From: Escherichia coli
GTDB taxonomy: Bacteria > Pseudomonadota > Gammaproteobacteria > Enterobacterales > Enterobacteriaceae
Strand: one strand, 5' to 3'
DNA: 64,000 bases
NCBI RefSeq assembly: GCF_050320075.1
Contig: NZ_CP190018.1
Shown piece by piece: positions 54,734 through 64,000 of this stretch; the stretch's first letter is position 1; every line of letters starts with the position of its first letter. The position numbers and the translations under genes were made by a program. The notes under the pieces were generated by a model. The model did no database searches. It had not been told where the DNA came from and was given only the letters and a program-made list of their open reading frames with translations.

Positions 54734-55066
54734 TCAGTTATCAGGCATTCTGGCCGGTGGAATAACCGCATTGGTGGCTTGCGCGTTGGCTTCGCTTTTT
54801 TCAACGCGTGAGCGCACCGAGCTGTCTTTGCGGAACACGTCCCACGGCAGTAAAAGCGTGTCCATCACAGCGGTAAACGGCATATCGAGAATCGCCAGCG
54901 ACTTAGTGCCCCAGTTGGTTTCATCGTCGCCAATCATGGTGGCGCTGGCGCGGGTGCCGGGATACGTTCCTTCTTTCCCCCCGGTATGGGACATCACGCT
55001 GGAGCATCCTCCGAGTAATGTCATTCCGCTGCATATCATGAACGCTAACAACACATTTCTTATCAT
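54734..55066 (-). CDS. yidQ: Lipoprotein YidQ
   Basis: Signal peptide plus lipobox MIRNVLLAFMICSGMTLLGGC from the internal ATG. Track ORF extends 25 codons upstream. Confidence 0.8.
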   Translation of the reverse strand: MIRNVLLAFMICSGMTLLGGCSSVMSHTGGKEGTYPGTRASATMIGDDETNWGTKSLAILDMPFTAVMDTLLLPWDVFRKDSSVRSRVEKSEANAQATNAVIPPARMPDN

Positions 55067-55240
55067 AATAAATTCATCTGTTGATCGTGGGTGTTGGCCT
55101 GATGAGTTATAGCGATCCCTTGCTGAAAATAACATCATCATTACGTCGCACTGTGGCGGCTATCGCACTTTAACGTTTCGTGCTGCCCCCTCAGTCTATG
55201 CAATAGACCATAAACTGCAAAAAAAAGTCCGCTGATAAGG

Positions 55241-55270
55241 CTTGAAAAGTTCATTTCCAGACCCATTTTT
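55241..55270 (+). promoter_or_regulatory. Sigma-32 heat-shock promoter of ibpA
   Basis: -35 CTTGAAA, 14-nt spacer, -10 CCCATTTTT, matching the sigma-32 consensus. The ~100-nt leader before ibpA corresponds to the known ibpA RNA-thermometer region. Confidence 0.75.
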
Positions 55271-55371
55271 ACATCGTAGCCGATGAGGACGCGCCTGATG
55301 GGTGTTCTGGCTACCTGACCTGTCCATTGTGGAAGGTCTTACATTCTCGCTGATTTCAGGAGCTATTGATT

Positions 55372-55785
55372 ATGCGTAACTTTGATTTATCCCCGCTTTA
55401 CCGTTCTGCTATTGGATTTGACCGTTTGTTTAACCACTTAGAAAACAACCAGAGCCAGAGTAATGGCGGCTACCCTCCGTATAACGTTGAACTGGTAGAC
55501 GAAAACCATTACCGCATTGCTATCGCTGTGGCTGGTTTTGCTGAGAGCGAACTGGAAATTACCGCCCAGGATAATCTGCTGGTGGTGAAAGGTGCTCACG
55601 CCGACGAACAAAAAGAGCGCACCTATCTGTACCAGGGCATCGCTGAACGCAACTTTGAACGCAAATTCCAGTTAGCTGAGAACATTCATGTTCGTGGCGC
55701 TAACCTGGTGAATGGTCTGCTGTATATCGATCTCGAACGCGTGATTCCGGAAGCGAAAAAACCGCGCCGTATCGAAATCAACTAA
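55372..55785 (+). CDS. ibpA: Small heat shock protein IbpA
   Basis: 137 aa [24 protein letters not shown]..., alpha-crystallin domain. Confidence 0.95.
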
Positions 55786-55896
55786 TTCCTTAAGGCCGCC
55801 TGGCGCGGCCTGACATCTCCATGCTCGCCGTCAGGGAGCATATGCGAATCTTCGGATTTGCAGGTACTTACTCGCTTCTTAGAAGGAGAAATGACT

Positions 55897-56325
55897 ATGC
55901 GTAACTTCGATTTATCCCCACTGATGCGTCAATGGATCGGTTTTGACAAACTGGCCAACGCACTGCAAAACGCCGGTGAAAGCCAGAGCTTCCCGCCGTA
56001 CAACATTGAGAAAAGCGACGATAACCACTACCGCATTACCCTTGCGCTGGCAGGTTTTCGTCAGGAAGATTTAGAGATTCAACTGGAAGGTACGCGCCTG
56101 AGCGTAAAAGGCACGCCGGAGCAGCCAAAAGAAGAGAAAAAATGGCTGCATCAAGGGCTTATGAATCAGCCATTTAGCCTGAGCTTTACGCTGGCTGAAA
56201 ATATGGAAGTCTCTGGTGCAACCTTCGTAAACGGTTTACTGCATATTGATTTAATTCGTAATGAGCCTGAACCCATCGCAGCGCAGCGTATCGCTATCAG
56301 CGAACGTCCCGCGTTAAATAGCTAA
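55897..56325 (+). CDS. ibpB: Small heat shock protein IbpB
   Basis: 142 aa [24 protein letters not shown]..., paralogue immediately downstream of ibpA. Confidence 0.95.
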
Positions 56326-56339
56326 CTAGCTATTCTCTT

Positions 56340-56368
56340 TGCCCCGCCATTCTGGTGGGGCTTTTTTT
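56340..56368 (+). terminator. Rho-independent terminator after ibpB
   Basis: Hairpin ccccgccattctggtgggg followed by a T7 run. Confidence 0.75.
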
Positions 56369-56520
56369 GTCTTTCTTCTTCAACAATGCGTTAATTTTCG
56401 CCTGTTTAAGATATTTCGGCACGTTCTTTCCCGTGATAATGTGCGCTATAAGGCAAATCTGCTTCACCGATTCAGCCATAATCCGTAGCAATTAAAATGT
56501 TATCTCAAGAGAAATGGACG

Positions 56521-58182
56521 ATGAGTGATATAGCATTAACGGTCAGTATTCTGGCTTTGGTGGCAGTCGTCGGTTTGTTTATCGGCAACGTCAAATTTCG
56601 CGGCATAGGATTAGGTATTGGCGGCGTGCTGTTTGGTGGGATCATCGTCGGCCATTTTGTTTCTCAGGCGGGGATGACATTAAGTAGCGATATGCTGCAT
56701 GTTATTCAGGAATTTGGCCTGATCCTGTTCGTTTATACCATCGGGATTCAGGTAGGGCCGGGCTTCTTTGCCTCATTGCGCGTCTCCGGATTACGCCTCA
56801 ACCTGTTTGCTGTTCTGATCGTCATCATCGGTGGTCTGGTTACCGCCATCCTGCATAAACTGTTTGATATTCCACTGCCGGTAGTGCTGGGGATTTTCTC
56901 CGGTGCGGTAACCAATACGCCAGCACTGGGGGCAGGGCAGCAGATCTTGCGCGACCTGGGTACACCAATGGAAATGGTCGATCAGATGGGGATGAGTTAC
57001 GCGATGGCGTATCCATTCGGCATTTGCGGGATTTTGTTCACCATGTGGATGTTGCGGGTTATTTTCCGCGTCAATGTCGAGACAGAAGCCCAGCAGCACG
57101 AGTCTTCACGCACCAATGGCGGCGCGCTGATCAGGACTATCAATATTCGCGTTGAGAACCCTAACCTGCATGATTTAGCCATTAAAGATGTACCGATTCT
57201 CAATGGCGACAAAATTATCTGCTCGCGTCTGAAACGCGAAGAAACCCTAAAAGTACCTTCGCCAGATACCATTATCCAACTGGGCGATTTGCTGCATCTG
57301 GTGGGGCAGCCAGCGGATTTACATAATGCGCAACTGGTGATTGGTCAGGAGGTCGATACCTCGCTGTCTACGAAAGGCACTGATTTGCGCGTCGAGCGTG
57401 TGGTGGTCACCAATGAAAACGTGCTCGGAAAACGTATTCGCGACCTGCACTTTAAAGAACGCTATGACGTTGTTATCTCGCGCCTGAACCGTGCCGGGGT
57501 CGAACTGGTCGCCAGTGGTGATATCAGCCTGCAGTTCGGCGATATTCTCAACCTGGTGGGGCGTCCGTCCGCAATTGATGCCGTTGCCAATGTGCTGGGG
57601 AATGCGCAGCAAAAACTGCAACAGGTACAGATGCTGCCGGTGTTTATTGGTATCGGGCTTGGCGTATTGTTAGGTTCTATTCCCGTCTTTGTGCCGGGAT
57701 TCCCGGCCGCGTTGAAACTGGGGCTGGCGGGCGGTCCGCTGATTATGGCGTTGATCCTCGGGCGTATCGGCAGTATCGGCAAGCTGTACTGGTTTATGCC
57801 GCCAAGTGCCAACCTCGCGCTGCGGGAGCTGGGGATCGTGCTGTTCCTCTCGGTCGTTGGTCTGAAATCTGGTGGGGATTTTGTGAATACCCTGGTCAAT
57901 GGCGAAGGGCTAAGCTGGATTGGATATGGTGCCCTGATCACCGCCGTTCCGCTGATTACTGTTGGTATTCTGGCGCGGATGTTAGCCAAAATGAATTACC
58001 TGACCATGTGCGGGATGCTGGCTGGCTCCATGACCGATCCACCGGCGCTGGCGTTTGCTAATAATCTTCATCCAACGAGCGGTGCGGCGGCGCTCTCTTA
58101 CGCCACTGTCTATCCGTTAGTGATGTTCCTGCGCATTATCACCCCCCAATTACTGGCGGTGCTCTTCTGGAGTATCGGTTAA
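56521..58182 (+). CDS. yidE: AAE-family transporter YidE (two TrkA-C domains)
   Basis: 553 aa starting [20 protein letters not shown]. Track ORF extends 8 codons upstream. Confidence 0.88.
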
Positions 58183-58895
58183 CTCTTTTCCGGGTGGAGT
58201 CGCCGTAAATGGTACTCCACCTGGTATTCGTTGGCATTTCTGAACATTACTGAATAATTCAAAAACTCCCCGCTCTCGCTATATGACAACGAGGTGATCC
58301 GCAGCAGTGGCGTGTGTTCCGCTACCTTCATTTGCCGCGCCAGCAGTCTATCGGCGAGCACCGGCGTCAGGCTTTCATAATTACCGCCAATCAGAATCCC
58401 GCACTCTTGTTCAATATATTCAAACTTCGACCCTTCCAGATGTTGCAGCGAAAGGTTACGGAACAGTTTTACCGGCATATAGCTGTCTTCCAGCATCAGC
58501 GGTTTCCCTTCCACAAAACGAACGCGACGGGAGAAGTAGATCTGCTCGTTGATTTGAATCCGTAACTGGCTGGCAATGGCCGGAGGCGCAGGCATGATTT
58601 CAAAAATCAGCACCTGGCTGGTGACCGTTTTTCCCTGGCGTTTTAACACCTCCACCAGCCCGGTCAGGCTGGCGGTTTGATGCAATACATCTTTACGCAC
58701 CAGGTAAGTACCGCTGCCGTGGCGGCGGACCACCAGCCCCCACGCTACCAGCAGATCAATGGCTTTACGGATGGTCATCCGCGATACCGCAAACTCTTCC
58801 GCCAGCTTTTTTTCACCGGGAAGAAGGCTATTTAGCGTGAAATCCGCGGAGTTAAGTCGAATTCTTAACCGCTCCGCAATGCTTTTGTAGATCAT
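58179..58895 (-). CDS. yidP: GntR-family (HutC subfamily) transcriptional regulator
   Basis: 238 aa with N-terminal winged HTH ([22 protein letters not shown]) and a UTRA-type C-terminal domain. Confidence 0.88.
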
Positions 58896-59189
58896 CTCTA
58901 GATCTCTTTTTTGCCTGCAAGCCCGGGTAATGCGCCCACAAGTTCTGCTTAATCGATTGAAAAAAATCTTTTTTTTAAAGATGTGTTCGATGCTGTGTAC
59001 CAGTGCTCACAGATGTCTACTTTTTCGCGAAAACGTAGATCTCTACCGCCCAACGAAAAGCATGAAAGCGATCACGAATCCCATTGGGTCGTCATGTTCT
59101 GCCGATCGCATCTTCCTATCCTCGCTCCAGGCCTGCCGCATAACCAATCAGGCTTCCTACTTACAGAATTGAGAAAAGAGGATGTGGAA

Positions 59190-63048
<3,859 letters not shown>

Positions 63049-63184
63049 AACCTGAACTTAACAGAAAACAATCCGTTCAGGGATACGACGTTTGTATTTT
63101 AAGAATCTGACTGCCTGACCCGACGCATTTTACCTCTCCCTATATTCATGCGTCCGGGACATAAACATAAATAAGGGCTATGAG

Positions 63185-64000
63185 ATGAATTCGTTACAAA
63201 TCTTGAGTTTTGTCGGTTTTACGCTGCTGGTGGCGATCATCACCTGGTGGAAGGTTCGCAAAACAGATACCGGATCGCAACAAGGCTATTTTCTTGCCGG
63301 ACGTTCACTAAAAGCGCCGGTTATTGCCGCTTCGTTAATGTTAACCAACCTTTCCACGGAACAACTGGTTGGACTTTCCGGGCAGGCCTACAAAAGCGGC
63401 ATGTCGGTGATGGGCTGGGAAGTGACTTCAGCGGTGACGCTGATCTTCCTCGCGCTAATCTTTTTACCGCGCTATCTGAAGCGCGGCATTGCCACCATCC
63501 CCGATTTTCTGGAGGAACGTTATGATAAAACGACGCGTATTATCATCGACTTCTGCTTCCTCATTGCCACCGGCGTCTGCTTTCTGCCGATTGTTCTCTA
63601 CTCCGGCGCGTTGGCGCTCAACAGCCTGTTTCACGTCGGGGAATCGCTACAGATTTCTCACGGTGCGGCTATCTGGCTATTGGTAATTTTGCTTGGTCTG
63701 GCGGGAATTTTGTATGCGGTGATCGGCGGACTGCGCGCAATGGCAGTGGCGGACTCCATCAACGGTATTGGTCTGGTTATCGGCGGGTTGATGGTGCCGA
63801 TATTTGGCCTGATCGCGATGGGCAAGGGCAGCTTTATGCAGGGCATTGAGCAACTCACCACCGTTCACGCCGAGAAATTAAACTCAGTCGGCGGCCCGAC
63901 CGATCCCTTGCCGATTGGCGCGGCATTTACCGGTTTAATTCTGGTGAACACCTTTTACTGGTGTACAAATCAGGGCATCGTGCAACGCACGCTGGCGTCA
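63185..64000 (+). CDS. yidK: Sodium:solute symporter family transporter, 3' end outside window
   Basis: Not in the ORF track because no stop falls inside the window. ATG at 63185 opens a frame to the window edge encoding MNSLQILSFVGFTLLVAIITWWKV... (SSS-family N-terminus). Confidence 0.8.
   Translation, partial: MNSLQILSFVGFTLLVAIITWWKVRKTDTGSQQGYFLAGRSLKAPVIAASLMLTNLSTEQLVGLSGQAYKSGMSVMGWEVTSAVTLIFLALIFLPRYLKRGIATIPDFLEERYDKTTRIIIDFCFLIATGVCFLPIVLYSGALALNSLFHVGESLQISHGAAIWLLVILLGLAGILYAVIGGLRAMAVADSINGIGLVIGGLMVPIFGLIAMGKGSFMQGIEQLTTVHAEKLNSVGGPTDPLPIGAAFTGLILVNTFYWCTNQGIVQRTLAS

Noticed and set aside
58983-59189. N-terminal 69-codon extension of the PTS EIICB ORF
   Set aside because: The extension is not hydrophobic and has no RBS, whereas the internal ATG at 59190 has a strong Shine-Dalgarno and begins the conserved transporter sequence.

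Overview
Enterobacterial (Escherichia coli/Shigella-type) chromosomal backbone spanning the origin-proximal region: mnmG (5' partial), rsmG, the atpIBEFHAGDC operon, glmU, glmS, pstSCAB-phoU, then yieH, adeP, yieF, yieE, yidZ, mdtL, the tna operon, mnmE, yidC, yidD, rnpA, rpmH, dnaA, dnaN, recF, gyrB, yidB, yidA, yidX, dgoRKADT, cbrA, yidR, yidQ, ibpAB, yidE, yidP, a glv-type PTS/6-phospho-alpha-glucosidase pair, yidL and yidK (3' partial). Gene names are assigned from recalled K-12 protein sequences and gene order, not from a database search. Two strongly AT-rich accessory insertions interrupt this backbone. (1) Directly after phoU, where I recall K-12 carrying the bgl operon and neighbours, sits a complete 768-bp IS1 with no target-site duplication, a divergent unknown ORF truncated by the IS1 end, and a long pentapeptide-repeat-like ORF that appears split by a frameshift at an A7 homopolymer. 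(2) Between the tna promoter and mnmE sits a ~2.6 kb insertion encoding a 722-aa protein with a Cys/His/Asp arrangement and ankyrin-like repeats resembling EspL/ShET2(OspD3)-family type III effector proteases. No secretion machinery is present in the window, so both are orphan effector-like genes. Several backbone genes carry lesions: tnaB has an in-frame stop and yidZ a frameshift. No rRNA, tRNA or CRISPR array was recognised.
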